From a virus: 64,000 nt of DNA. The position numbers and the translations under genes are program-made. This document shows, piece after piece, positions 1 to 10,041 of the stretch. The stretch is from the IMG/VR virus record IMGVR_UViG_3300046713_000096, positions 36,855 through 100,854 of that record. One strand, 5' to 3'. The notes beneath the pieces were generated by a model. It saw only the letters and a list, made by a program, of their open reading frames with translations, searched no databases and was not told the origin of the DNA. How positions within the stretch are numbered: the first letter of the stretch is position 1; each line of letters starts with the position of its first letter.

Positions 1-184
1 TGCGCCACTTGCCGAGCAAGTAGTCGCGCATTCGCATCTCAGTGCGTGCGATCTGCGCGACGTCGCTGATCATCAGCGCCTTTGCGATTGAAACATCGCT
101 CAGCCTGATGACGTCGTGCAAGACGTCGAGCCGCTGCGCGCAGCACTCGCACGCGAGCTCGTGTTGCAGCGCCGCGAGTCTCAT
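1..184 (-). CDS. 5' part of the gene after portal (possible head morphogenesis protein); runs off the window
   Basis: ATG at 184 overlaps the portal stop (ATGA) and the frame is open to the edge (MRLAALQHELACECC...). Product inferred from position only. Confidence 0.45.
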   Translation of the reverse strand, partial: MRLAALQHELACECCAQRLDVLHDVIRLSDVSIAKALMISDVAQIARTEMRMRDYLLGKWR

Positions 185-2052
185 GCTGCCTCGACGCTCT
201 TGCGCCACATCATTTCGGCAGCCTTGTTCAGCGCGAAAAGCTTCTTCGCCACGTCGATCACGCTGTCCGGATCGTCTTCGTCGAGATCTTCGAGGTCGAG
301 CACGCTTAGATCGAGCTCGTTCTCGTCACTGAGTAGGCCGAGAGCCTTCAACGTCTTGATCGCGGTCACTTGCTGACCGGGCTCGGTCGGCTCGGCCTGA
401 TTCTTGACCGCTTCCGCCATCGTCAGACTGAACGGAATGTCGGCCGGGAAGCCGCCTGCGAAGTCGGGCAGGTCGATCCCGAGAATGTCTTCGAGCATGT
501 AGCGCGCGATCCGGGGCGTCATGCCGCCCGTTTTCTCGCTGCCACCGAGGATCTTCACGAGCTGCGTGTTATCGGTCGTGTTGGGCGTGTTGCTCTTGAA
601 CTTGTGGAAGATCACCCCCATCTCGGGGAAGATGAAGCGGTTCATGATCTCGTCGAACTCGGTTCGCTCGGGGGAAAAGAGTTGCTCGTCGGCCAGCCGG
701 CGCGATGACTCTGCTGTCGAGCGTGAATAGTCGCTCGACTGCCCGACGAAGATGGGCGGCAAGCGGAACGAGCGCCGGATCTTGTCGTGGTTCTTCTCGC
801 TGTAGTTTTGAAAGAGCGCATCGGCGTGCTGCTCTTTCGTCAGCGGCTTGATGTCGATCTTCACTTGGCCGCCGTCTTCGCCCGTGTCTTCGCCCATGGG
901 CTCGGCTTCGACGATCAGAAACTTGCTGTAGTTGTCCGAGCCCTGAATCTGCGACTCGACGAAGGACTCGATACGCTCGATCGTGCCCTGCGTCAGCTGA
1001 CCGTTCGACACCGCGACGACCATTGACGGGATGTTGTTGTTCTTGAACGTGATCCAATTGATTTCTTCAGCTGCGCGGTCACCGAAGATCGAAAGCAAGT
1101 TCCCGATGAAGCGCGGCATGCCGTACGGACTGCGCGGGCTATACAGCTTCATGTGGATGATCTCGCTCGCGCGATCGCTCACCTTGAGCTTGTCCTTCAG
1201 CTCGCCGTCGCGCTTCGACCAGAAGCGCGGATCGCCGAACTCTTTGAACCACACGACCTTATGCCCGCTGATCGACGACGTCGTGCGGCCCTGATGGATC
1301 GAGCGAGACTGCACGAAGGTCCGGAAGCGACGCATCACTCGCTGCGTTTTGATCTGCACGCTGCCGTCAGGCTGCAGCTCAGCGATTTTGCGAGGCACCT
1401 CGATCGCGTCGTCTTCGACCTTGCCAAGACGCATTTGATAGCTCGGAATGTGCGTGAACCCCTGAATCTCGTTCGCGCTGTTCCGGATCACTTCGAAATA
1501 CGCATTGCCGGTCGTCTCAAGATCGCGTCGCAGGCGACGACGAAACGAGATGAACGACTCGTCGGTGCAGTACGTGAAGAAGTTCGTCAGCGCGACCTTC
1601 TCAGCGTGCGAACGATCGAGCAACTTGCGCTGTTCCGGGGTGAGGTCCTTCGTGTCTTGCCCCGCGTCGTCTTCGGTGCGCGTGACTTCGTCGAGGCGCA
1701 AGCGCGAAACGAAGCGATAGCCGGTCGCCTCGATGTTCGTTTCCATGGCTTCGATGCACTGATTCAGCTCGCTCGAATTTTCGGGCAGCATCGCGAGCGT
1801 GAGCAGGTCGAACGGCGGCAAGATCACGCGGCCCTTGTGGCCGAGTGCGCTGAATGGTTCCTCGGGCAGCGCCTCTGTCTGCCCCGGCTTGATGTTGGGA
1901 TCGTCCGACCGACCGTTCGCGCCCGTGCCCTTGCGAACGTCGATCACGAGGGCCCGCACCTTGTTCAGCGCGCGCTTGTTGACCGTGTTCGAGTGAGCTG
2001 CAGCGGCGCGTTGACTGTCGATCGAGAGAACGTTTGCGTTTGCTGTTGACAT
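181..2052 (-). CDS. Phage portal protein (PBSX-like)
   Basis: 623 aa. Contains DLETTGNAYFEVIR, EIIHMKLYSPRSPYGMPR, FKNNNIPS and IRRSFRLPP. Lies directly downstream of terminase. Confidence 0.9.
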   Translation of the reverse strand: MSTANANVLSIDSQRAAAAHSNTVNKRALNKVRALVIDVRKGTGANGRSDDPNIKPGQTEALPEEPFSALGHKGRVILPPFDLLTLAMLPENSSELNQCIEAMETNIEATGYRFVSRLRLDEVTRTEDDAGQDTKDLTPEQRKLLDRSHAEKVALTNFFTYCTDESFISFRRRLRRDLETTGNAYFEVIRNSANEIQGFTHIPSYQMRLGKVEDDAIEVPRKIAELQPDGSVQIKTQRVMRRFRTFVQSRSIHQGRTTSSISGHKVVWFKEFGDPRFWSKRDGELKDKLKVSDRASEIIHMKLYSPRSPYGMPRFIGNLLSIFGDRAAEEINWITFKNNNIPSMVVAVSNGQLTQGTIERIESFVESQIQGSDNYSKFLIVEAEPMGEDTGEDGGQVKIDIKPLTKEQHADALFQNYSEKNHDKIRRSFRLPPIFVGQSSDYSRSTAESSRRLADEQLFSPERTEFDEIMNRFIFPEMGVIFHKFKSNTPNTTDNTQLVKILGGSEKTGGMTPRIARYMLEDILGIDLPDFAGGFPADIPFSLTMAEAVKNQAEPTEPGQQVTAIKTLKALGLLSDENELDLSVLDLEDLDEDDPDSVIDVAKKLFALNKAAEMMWRKSVEAA

Positions 2053-2054
2053 GG

Positions 2055-3623
2055 TCAGATGACTCCCGGTTCTTTGCGGTTGCTGCGCCCACGGCGTCGC
2101 ATCTTGCTCGTCGTAACGGCGAGATCTAGCGCGTCGAAAAGGTCTTTGTATTTGTGGTTGGGGAAGAGCACTAAGTGCTCGATCAAAAGTGCTTGGGTAC
2201 CCTTGCGAAAGAACATGCGCTTGTCTTCAAATAGCGCGCTGAGCTTCCATGCGCGGGTGATCTTGTCCTTATCGGTCTGCTGACGACGAAGCCGAATGTC
2301 TTTGTCGACCTCTCGCAGCGTCTGGTATTGCGCCGCTTGATACTGATTCGTCTCGATGCCACAGCGGATCGGCTTCCAGCGCTTGTAATATTCGAGAATC
2401 TTTTTCGTCTGCGCGCTGAAGCGCAACTGATCCTCGAAGTAGTCGAGCACGTAGTATGCGCTGCGATCCTTGTTGATCCCGATGACGACGATCGCGAACT
2501 TGTCGGCCTTCTCTTCTTCGCTGATCGCGAGGTCGACGCCCATGAAGATGCGAAGCGACTTCGGGTCGGGCCAATCTTCTTCGACGAGCTGTTGACAGTA
2601 GTCGTACTGAAAGATCTCGCCCTTCATCGCCTCCGTGTCGCACTGATATTGGGCGTTGAAGATGATCAGGCCGGCGCGTTTCCTGCGCTCTGCGAACCAC
2701 TTCGCGGGGTACTTCTTCGGCCACGGGCTTCGCCCCTTGCGATCGAGCGCAGGAATCACTTGATGGTGCTTGCGCAGCTCGCTCTTCAGCAAGTGCCCAT
2801 ACAGATCGTCGTAGTGGTAGCGCGTGCCCAGCATGTGATGCTCGCCCCGGTGCGGCACATTGACGTCGGGCGGTTCGAGCGTCGGCATGAGCGTATTGTA
2901 AAACCACGTCTTCGTCTTCTCGCGCTGCAGCTTCGTCGAGCTGTTGTCTTCGTCGACCAAGTCGTCGCTGATGATCACGTCGTAGTGCTTCGAAACAACC
3001 GTGCCCTCACGCCCGACGCACGTGACAGAAGCTTCTTTCGCGACCACGGTGCGCGGCAGCACCTCGATCTCGCGCTCGTCCCATTTGCCGACGCGCTTGC
3101 TGTCGTAGTACTGACCGAAGATCTCTTGCAGGCGCGTGTTCGTTTCGAAGTGCGACTTGATGTTCTTCAAAAAGCCGCACGCGTTCTGCAGCGTCTTCGA
3201 CGCGATCAGAATCCGTAGATTCGGATTCTTGAGCAGAAGGTGAATGACCTTCAGCTCTGTGCACGTCGTCGACTTACCGGCGCCACGAAAGCAGAGCTGC
3301 AAGCTTTCCGGGTGCTCGAACTGCCACTGCAGCATGGCAAGGTGAAAGGGTTCTATCTTGAGCCCGAGCACCTCTGTCGCGAGAATGTCGATGCGATCGT
3401 TGTTGAGAACCTGATCGCGAATCCAGTCGTTGCGCAGCTTGTAACTGTTCTCGTAGTACCCGATCAGCTCTGCACGGTCTGCCCGCCGAAGTTGCTTCGA
3501 CGTGGGAATGACTAGTGCCAAGTGCGATCGCTTTTTGCTGCGCGCCCGTTCCTTGTCTTTGGTTGCAAGCGCTGTCACGCAAACCTTCTTTCGCGCAGCA
3601 ACCCGGGCCCTGCGTGGCCACAA
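2055..3623 (-). CDS. terL: Terminase large subunit
   Basis: Walker A (RGAGKST), Walker B (IISDDLVD), GTRY coupling motif, nuclease motifs GVDLA and KDLFDAL. Exact start uncertain. Confidence 0.92.
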   Translation of the reverse strand: MWPRRARVAARKKVCVTALATKDKERARSKKRSHLALVIPTSKQLRRADRAELIGYYENSYKLRNDWIRDQVLNNDRIDILATEVLGLKIEPFHLAMLQWQFEHPESLQLCFRGAGKSTTCTELKVIHLLLKNPNLRILIASKTLQNACGFLKNIKSHFETNTRLQEIFGQYYDSKRVGKWDEREIEVLPRTVVAKEASVTCVGREGTVVSKHYDVIISDDLVDEDNSSTKLQREKTKTWFYNTLMPTLEPPDVNVPHRGEHHMLGTRYHYDDLYGHLLKSELRKHHQVIPALDRKGRSPWPKKYPAKWFAERRKRAGLIIFNAQYQCDTEAMKGEIFQYDYCQQLVEEDWPDPKSLRIFMGVDLAISEEEKADKFAIVVIGINKDRSAYYVLDYFEDQLRFSAQTKKILEYYKRWKPIRCGIETNQYQAAQYQTLREVDKDIRLRRQQTDKDKITRAWKLSALFEDKRMFFRKGTQALLIEHLVLFPNHKYKDLFDALDLAVTTSKMRRRGRSNRKEPGVI

Positions 3624-3642
3624 GACCCGGGCCAGCTAGCGC

Positions 3643-4101
3643 TTACAGTGCTTCGGCGTTGTATCCCTGTGCCGAAATGGCGACCACGCCAGCGGGTGTG
3701 CTCGTCACGAAGCAAGCGACGATCGATCCGTTCGCGTTCGGCACGTCGATCACGTGCGGCACGCCAACGCCTGCAGCTGTATGCGTGATCGGCGTCGACA
3801 TCGGCACGAACGTGCGCGACTCGTCTGACCACACACGGATCTCGGTCGCAGGATTTGCGAGGCCTCCCACGACTGCAGCGGGGCTCGTTCTCGGGTCGGC
3901 CGTCATCGGCACCACCGAGAAGCGCACCCCTGTGAAGCCGCCCGCGTTGACGCCTTCAGTGCGCTTCGTGTAGGCGGCATCGGCTGCGGACACCACGCGC
4001 GAGAGCTGCCAATCTGGCGCCTTCGCGGGTGACACATCCAACGTCGTCCGCGGGTCGGACCTTCGCCGCCCGTCTAGATTCGAAAAAAAGGGCTCGGTCA
4101 T
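3643..4101 (-). CDS. Hypothetical protein, possibly virion-associated
   Basis: 152 aa, beta-rich, with an RBS-like sequence upstream, in the packaging cluster. Confidence 0.55.
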   Translation of the reverse strand: MTEPFFSNLDGRRRSDPRTTLDVSPAKAPDWQLSRVVSAADAAYTKRTEGVNAGGFTGVRFSVVPMTADPRTSPAAVVGGLANPATEIRVWSDESRTFVPMSTPITHTAAGVGVPHVIDVPNANGSIVACFVTSTPAGVVAISAQGYNAEAL

Positions 4102-4196
4102 GTTCGTTCGATCCTTTCCCGGTTGTTAGATGCGACAAGGGCGAGCCCGCTTCTTGTTGACAGCAGTGCTCGCCCTTGCCACGCGTGTTGTCCGAC

Positions 4197-4499
4197 CTAC
4201 TCGTGCGCGACCCAATGCACCTTTTCGCCGTCGACGTTCACATCGGTGTCGGCACCGATGCGAAACCCGTTCGACAACGGGGTGACCCCGAGGCCCGCTG
4301 CGATCTGTGTCATGTCGCCAGCTGTCACGCGCTTGAAGCCGCGCCCCTCGGTCATGCTGTCGGTCCAGATGGCAGTAACGAGCCCGCCTTCGTTCACGAG
4401 CTCGACGCGACGGGGGCGATAGCCGACCGTGCGCACGTCGAGATTGGCGCCCGTGCCGATGACGGCGCCATTCTTAGATAGCTGTGTTCCGGATGACAT
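4197..4499 (-). CDS. Hypothetical protein, possibly a virion structural protein
   Basis: 100 aa, Gly/Thr/Val-rich, with a GGGAG RBS upstream. Confidence 0.55.
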   Translation of the reverse strand: MSSGTQLSKNGAVIGTGANLDVRTVGYRPRRVELVNEGGLVTAIWTDSMTEGRGFKRVTAGDMTQIAAGLGVTPLSNGFRIGADTDVNVDGEKVHWVAHE

Positions 4500-4600
4500 G
4501 TGCGTTTTCTCCCTGACCCTTGACAGATCGCGGCATTGCTCGCGGCCCTGCTTTCGCTCGGGTCAAAATTACGTAACGCACGAAGAGTAGCCGGGCGCGT

Positions 4601-5105
4601 TCAGGGCTTGCTATTTCCAGCCGCGAGCGCGTAGGCCGCTTCTTCATTCGCCGATCCGCTGTACGCGTCGTCACCGCGCAGCCACGCGACGACGTTGCCA
4701 CCGAGCATGTACAGCCACGGGGTGACGATCCAAGTCGCAAGACTCACGTGCAGCGGCGCGCCGAACGCGAGGCCGCACAGCGCGAGCACGAAGCCCGTCA
4801 GGCTTGCGCCTTCGTATTGCTTGCAGTGCACGTGTTCGTGCTCTTGCAGCATCGACCACCCTTGCGGGAAGTGGCACCCCCTTCTTGTAGACGATGACGT
4901 GCGGCGCAATCGTGATCGCGACGAACGACCCGAAGAGCTTGTCGACGTCGACGGTCAGCGACCATGGCCCGGTCGCGTTGGGCTTGTGCTCGAATCGCAA
5001 CCCGAGGCCCGACTGAAACGGGGCGAGCAAAATTGCGACAACTGTGGCGAGCACGTCTGCCGGTAGCCCGAACAGATACAGTAGCCAGCTGCGCGCCTTG
5101 ATCAT
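4601..5105 (-). pseudogene. Membrane HExxH metalloprotease-like gene split by one extra base in a G5 run
   Basis: N-half MIKARSWLLY...AITIAPHVIVYKKG and C-half CHFPQGWSMLQEHEHVH...EEAAYA join if one G at 4877-4881 is removed. Span is 505 nt (3n+1). Confidence 0.6.
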
Positions 5106-5226
5106 ATTTCCCCCGATCTCTGTTCGCGTGAAGCGACTTTTGCCGGTTCGTGAACCCTGCAAGCAAGAAGCCCCGGCCCGCGTGGAAGCGCGAACCGGGG
5201 CCCTTGGGTGGTCAGCCGATGAAGCT

Positions 5227-6039
5227 CTAAACGAGGCCGTCAGGTGCGAGCACGCCATGCAACTCGGCTATCGTCATGAACGGGGCTGCAAATCGCAAGT
5301 GTTTGCGTTCCATGGGGCCTGGCACGCCTCGCTTGCCCGCGAACCATGCGGCCGGCTGCAGCATCGTGCCCCTGTCGAAGGGCGCCTTTCCGGCACAGCC
5401 AGCGACCCACAATGACCAAAGCGGGTTCTTCGGTGGCGGCTGGCGCACAAGCACTTCGCCGCCCATCCCGCCGACCGTCGAGCCCTTGCCCTCGAACACC
5501 CTGACCTGTGGATTCATCGTCGTATGGCCCGCCGTGGTGTGCGCGTAGACACGCACCCATGGCGTGCCTTGCTGACAGAACGCGTCGCGCATTGTGTCGG
5601 CGAAGCCGCCGTCGCCGCCCGTCTCTGAAGCGGCTTCGGGCACGCTGCCCTTGGCTGCAGTCGAGCAGCAATACAGCGGCACGTGCAACACGCTGCGCGC
5701 GTCAGTGCCGATCTTTGTCGCGGCGTTCACGAGGTTGACGAAATCGGGGATCTGCGCGTTCCCGATCCCTGCTTGAATGCCGTTGTGCCAACCATGGCAG
5801 AAGAATGCGACGCCGCCATAGTCGAGGCCCTTCAGCTTGCCGAGCTCGTCGAACACATAGGCCCGACGCGCAAGCGGGCCCTTCGACGCGTCGAACTTGA
5901 TCAGCGTGTGCTTGCCGGGCACGAGCGACATGAAGGTCAGCGACTCGGGCTCGAACGCGCCCTTGAAGTCGGTCGAATGGATGTTTCGGTCGGGTGTGAT
6001 CACGATCATGTTTGGCATTGGGTGTCGATCCTTTTTCAA
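5227..6039 (-). CDS. Hypothetical protein, possible caspase-fold (His-Cys) hydrolase
   Basis: VAFFCHGW and LYCCSTA motifs; about 265 aa. Confidence 0.45.
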   Translation of the reverse strand: MKKDRHPMPNMIVITPDRNIHSTDFKGAFEPESLTFMSLVPGKHTLIKFDASKGPLARRAYVFDELGKLKGLDYGGVAFFCHGWHNGIQAGIGNAQIPDFVNLVNAATKIGTDARSVLHVPLYCCSTAAKGSVPEAASETGGDGGFADTMRDAFCQQGTPWVRVYAHTTAGHTTMNPQVRVFEGKGSTVGGMGGEVLVRQPPPKNPLWSLWVAGCAGKAPFDRGTMLQPAAWFAGKRGVPGPMERKHLRFAAPFMTIAELHGVLAPDGLV

Positions 6040-6725
6040 TCGCGCACGCGCCGTCTGCCCGCGGCGCGCTTACCCGACTTCGCCCGGTTCTTCTTGTCGC
6101 TCGAAGCCTTCGTCATTGAAGGCTCACCGAGCGACGGGGCAGTCGCTACTTCGCCGATACCTTCGCCGTGATGAAGCGGGCCGGGCGACAGCTGGCGCAC
6201 GTTCGCGCCCGTGCCGTACCGTTCGATCATCTGGCTAAGTCCGCCGATCGCGGCCAGAACACCCTTACGCAAGTCGGTTTCGCTCATCTCGGTGATCGAG
6301 ATACCGCCTAAGAGCAGGCGCCGCTCAGGCTCTTTCGCGATTACCCCGAGCGTTTGACCTGTCTTGATGACCGCGTCAGCGATTTCTGTGCGAATGCGAA
6401 TCGCGCCGACCACGGCGCTGTATTGTTTCTTGTGGTCGAGGTTCGCGACGAGGTCGTTCAGATCGGCGATGTTCCGTTCCTGATCGATCAGATACCGGGC
6501 GAAGCGTTGTTCGGGCGTGAGCTCGCGCTCTTCGTTGCCCTTCGACGTGAGCAAAAACTTCTTGGCGATCTGGTAGTGCTGCGCCGTGAGCCCGAGATCG
6601 TCGATGATCTCTTCTTCGGTGCTGCCGTCGACAAGCTGTTGATAGATCGTGGTCGCGAGCTCGATCTTCTGCTTGCGCGTCAGAGGCAGATCATCGTCGC
6701 GATCGCGTGTCTTCTTTTTCTTCAC
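6036..6725 (-). CDS. Candidate terminase small subunit
   Basis: N-terminal HTH-like segment (STEEEIIDDLGLT), helical middle and basic tail, upstream of terL. GTG start at 6725 assumed. Confidence 0.45.
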   Translation of the reverse strand: MKKKKTRDRDDDLPLTRKQKIELATTIYQQLVDGSTEEEIIDDLGLTAQHYQIAKKFLLTSKGNEERELTPEQRFARYLIDQERNIADLNDLVANLDHKKQYSAVVGAIRIRTEIADAVIKTGQTLGVIAKEPERRLLLGGISITEMSETDLRKGVLAAIGGLSQMIERYGTGANVRQLSPGPLHHGEGIGEVATAPSLGEPSMTKASSDKKNRAKSGKRAAGRRRVRD

Positions 6726-7397
6726 GTGCAATCCCCAATCGAGCACACACTTCGCGTGCGGCTTCAGGTTCGAGCGCCTTCAAGATCGCGTCGCGCAAGT
6801 CGGGCCGGCACCGTGCATAGAACGCGATCGACCCGAGACAGTTCTCGCGCGCTTCTTCGATGGTGTTGCCGCTCTGCACGAACCACTTGAACACGAGGTC
6901 GCCCATTTCCGCGTCACCGTCGACGATGTGGATCAGCTTCACGTTCAGCTTGAGCTCGTCGGTTGACTCGACCCCGACGATCACAGACGCGTGCGGGCGG
7001 GGCGGCTTCATCGTCGATGCTCCCATGTGATTTGCGTTCGCCATAGGCGCAGCACGCGCGTGCGCGAGTGCGATTGATACGAGAAGGCTGGCCTGACGAA
7101 TGCCCCGAGCTGCGAAATGCAGATCGTGATCGTCATTCGTCCGACCTCGCATATGGCCGATAGAACATTCGAAAGAGCATCGCGGTTTCCGCGAACCACG
7201 TGAACGCCCCGTGCGCCGAATGAAACAGGGGCGTGTAGATCTGCGAGCCGTCCGCGCACGTCACGCGCGTGCGCCACATGCCGCCACGATCCGGGAAGGT
7301 GTGCGAGGTGATGCCGGCTGGATCGGTGAACACCGCACACCACCTTTCTTTGTCTTCGTCGCTGATCTGCGTGATGAACCGGGCGCGGTCGTCTTGA

Positions 7398-7940
7398 TCA
7401 AGCATCGCCGTCGACCTCCTTGCGGATCCATTCTGGCACGTTCTTCTTCGCGCCCCGAATCAGATCCTCGACCTCGTCGTCGGTGAGTTCCATGCGCAGC
7501 TGCGCCGCCTTCAACGTGCCGCGCACCATGTGCCCGTGCAGTCGCAAGCCCAAGACGGCCCGCCCTTGTTCGATGGCACGACGCACGGTCGATTCGGACA
7601 CGCCGAGCTTCAGCGCGATGCGCCGGTTCGAAAGTCGCTTTCGAACCTTCACGAGCGCGATCGCCTGACACTTCGCGAGGGGCAGCGCGCGCGTCGAGCT
7701 GTAGTCGCGCGTCCCGATCAGGCGACCCCGGGGCTTGACCGTCTTCCACGTGGCGCCCGTGGCGATCTTGTAAATCGTCATGTAGCCGACGCGATATTCT
7801 TTCGCGATCGGCTTCAAGGGTTCTTTCTTGACGATGCGCTTCTTGATCGAACGCACATCGTCGCGGGACAGCTTAGGCTCGCCTACTGGCACGCCCCTAT
7901 GTATCGCGTCAGCGGGCCCGCCGCTGAAGTTTTCGGTCAA
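7398..7940 (-). CDS. HTH DNA-binding protein with two HTH-like segments
   Basis: LKPIAKEYRVGYMTIYKI and LSNRRIALKLGVSESTVRR. Confidence 0.65.
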   Translation of the reverse strand: MTENFSGGPADAIHRGVPVGEPKLSRDDVRSIKKRIVKKEPLKPIAKEYRVGYMTIYKIATGATWKTVKPRGRLIGTRDYSSTRALPLAKCQAIALVKVRKRLSNRRIALKLGVSESTVRRAIEQGRAVLGLRLHGHMVRGTLKAAQLRMELTDDEVEDLIRGAKKNVPEWIRKEVDGDA

Positions 7941-8271
7941 ACAGTTTCCCGAGAAAGCTAGCGCTTAGTGGGCAGGTTCGAGCGATGACGCGATGTTATC
8001 GTAACCGTTCGCACGCATGCGCATGTCGGCTGCGAGCTCTCGCAGCTCTCGCGCAAACGCCTTTCGCAAGCTGTCATCGCTCGGCAGCAACGCCGACAAG
8101 TCGGGAATGTCTTGACGATTGGCGATGTACCCGAGCAACTTGATAACGTCCAGGCGCGTAGCGGCCACGAGCTGCGCCTTCAACAACTCGCCCTGCGTAG
8201 CCATCATGGCCCGCTTGACCTCGATCAGGTCGGCTCGTAACTGCTCGTCGCCTTCGTTGCTCATGCTGTAA

Positions 8272-8670
8272 TTACCGCTTTCGGGCCGGCTTCGATGAAT
8301 CTTCTTTCGGCAACGTGTCTTCGAAGTGCAAGTGTTGCTCGCCGTCGATCACGTAGTCGCCGCCACCGAGCCGGCCCAATCGAACGAGGTAGCGCACGAG
8401 CACATTGTCGCCGTCGGTCAGCTGATTGTGAAGCCAGCCAATGCACGGCCTCTCGCGACCGACTGGCGACTCGTGACAGGCCATGATGTGCAGCGCGTCA
8501 ATGTCGAGATTCGCCTCGCCGACTCGCGCGATCGTGTTCGTGAGTCGACGATGCGCAGCGCGGTCATAGCCGAGCGGGATCTTCGTTGGATCGGCGCCGA
8601 CCTTCCACGGGCATTTGCGACACTGGCGTCGGCGCGTGCGTGACGGCGGCTCTTTGTCGTCGTCGGTCAC
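8272..8670 (-). CDS. Cys/His-rich protein (DUF6283-like)
   Basis: CRKCPWK, MACHES and CIGWL motifs. Confidence 0.5.
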   Translation of the reverse strand: MTDDDKEPPSRTRRRQCRKCPWKVGADPTKIPLGYDRAAHRRLTNTIARVGEANLDIDALHIMACHESPVGRERPCIGWLHNQLTDGDNVLVRYLVRLGRLGGGDYVIDGEQHLHFEDTLPKEDSSKPARKR

Positions 8671-9728
8671 GTTCAGGCCTTCGGGATGTTCGTCAGGTCG
8701 CGCTTCAAGTTGTCGATGAAGATGCGCATCAGCTCGATCGTGTTGTCGAGCGTGTCGCCCACGAGCTCGGCTTGCATCCGAACGATCAGGCCGGCGACTG
8801 CGAGCGCTGTCACTCGTCGCTGACTGTTCCGCTCCATGATCGACATAACAGCTCGCACCGCTTCGACGACGGTCAGCGGATTGTAAGCGACTGCTTTGAT
8901 CCCGTGCTTCTTGAAGCTGTCACCGAGTGCCGGCTCGTGGGGCGTGCCGCCCTCGCTCACGAGCTCGGCTTCGTAGATGCCGGCGAACTCTCGAAGCGCG
9001 AACGTCAGCGCGGTCAGCACGTTGACCTTCGACGTCGTCTTGTTGTTGAAGACACCGTGCGCCTGCACGTCGATGCACTGCTCACTCGTCGGTCGGATCT
9101 CGACGATGAAGATCGTCGACTCGCCACGCAGGTCAGAGATCGCCTTGCTCAGCTTGTCGATCGGCATCGTCTTCAGTCGATCGATGAACTCGCCGTCGCT
9201 CTTCGCTTCGTCGTCCATGGCTTTCCTTTTCGCGCGCACGCGTTCGAGCGCACGCGTCACATCGGCGACCGTGAAGCCCCCGTTTCGGATCGCATGTGCG
9301 CCCTTGATGAAGTCGTCGGTCGTCATCGCTTCACGTCCAGGTAGGCGCGCTTGAGCCGAGCGCGTGTGAGCTCGTCGAGCGACCCGACGGCCTTCAGCAG
9401 CGCGACGAACGACTCGCACCACAGGCAGCCACTCAAGGTGTCGTCGGTCGGCTTCGTGACGGCCCTCACGCCCCGGGCACGCAAGAGAGGGCCTTCGGGG
9501 TCGAGCTTGAACCCGGCGAGTGCAGGGCACGCGCAGCGGTCGTGCACGAGGCACCCCGCGGTCAGGATGAAGTCGAGCCCGAGGGGCTTCGACTCGCACG
9601 TGCACAGCATCTCGATCAGGGTCGTCGCGGTCGTCGCATCGTCGGCCATCCCGTCACCTGCCTTCCGCGCGGAAAGCTACCGTGCCCTGCTCGCCGTCGC
9701 GCGCCCCAAAGCACTGAACATCGCGGGC

Positions 9729-10008
9729 ACTGTCTGGGTGACTGTCTGGGCTTCAGTCGCCCGCGATGCTCTTCGGCCCCGTCATTCGCGTCGAAAACAG
9801 CTTGTTTTTCAGTCTTAGTAGCCGAGGTGAGACTCGAACTCACACGACCCGAAGGTCACCGGATTTTGAGTCCCGTCGAATACCATGCTAGGGTGCTCTT
9901 CGGCGAGTTTAGAAGGGTCTGACCTTCCAAAACTTCACTGAACAGACCCACCCAGACAGTAACCCAGACAGTTGCCCGAAGGACCCAGACAGTCGGGCAC
10001 TGTCTGGG
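9729..10008. repeat. Six integrase arm-type sites (ACTGTCTGGG) flanking the att core
   Basis: Direct copies at 9729-9738, 9741-9750 and 9999-10008. Inverted copies at 9951-9960, 9963-9972 and 9984-9993. Confidence 0.75.
9816..9873 (-). mobile_element. attP core: 3' half of tRNA-Leu(CAA)
   Basis: Minus strand reads GGACTCAAAATCCGGTGACCTTCGGGTCGTGTGAGTTCGAGTCTCACCTCGGCTACTA: CAA anticodon loop, long variable arm, GTTCGAG T-loop and acceptor 3' strand. There is no D-arm or 5' half. It lies about 165 bp upstream of the integrase. Confidence 0.85.
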
Positions 10009-10041
10009 TGCAGCGATAGCCTACAAAACAAGAGGTATTTG

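Noticed and set aside
9816-9873. Functional tRNA-Leu gene
   Set aside because: The 5' acceptor strand and D-arm are absent. It is better explained as the attP core.
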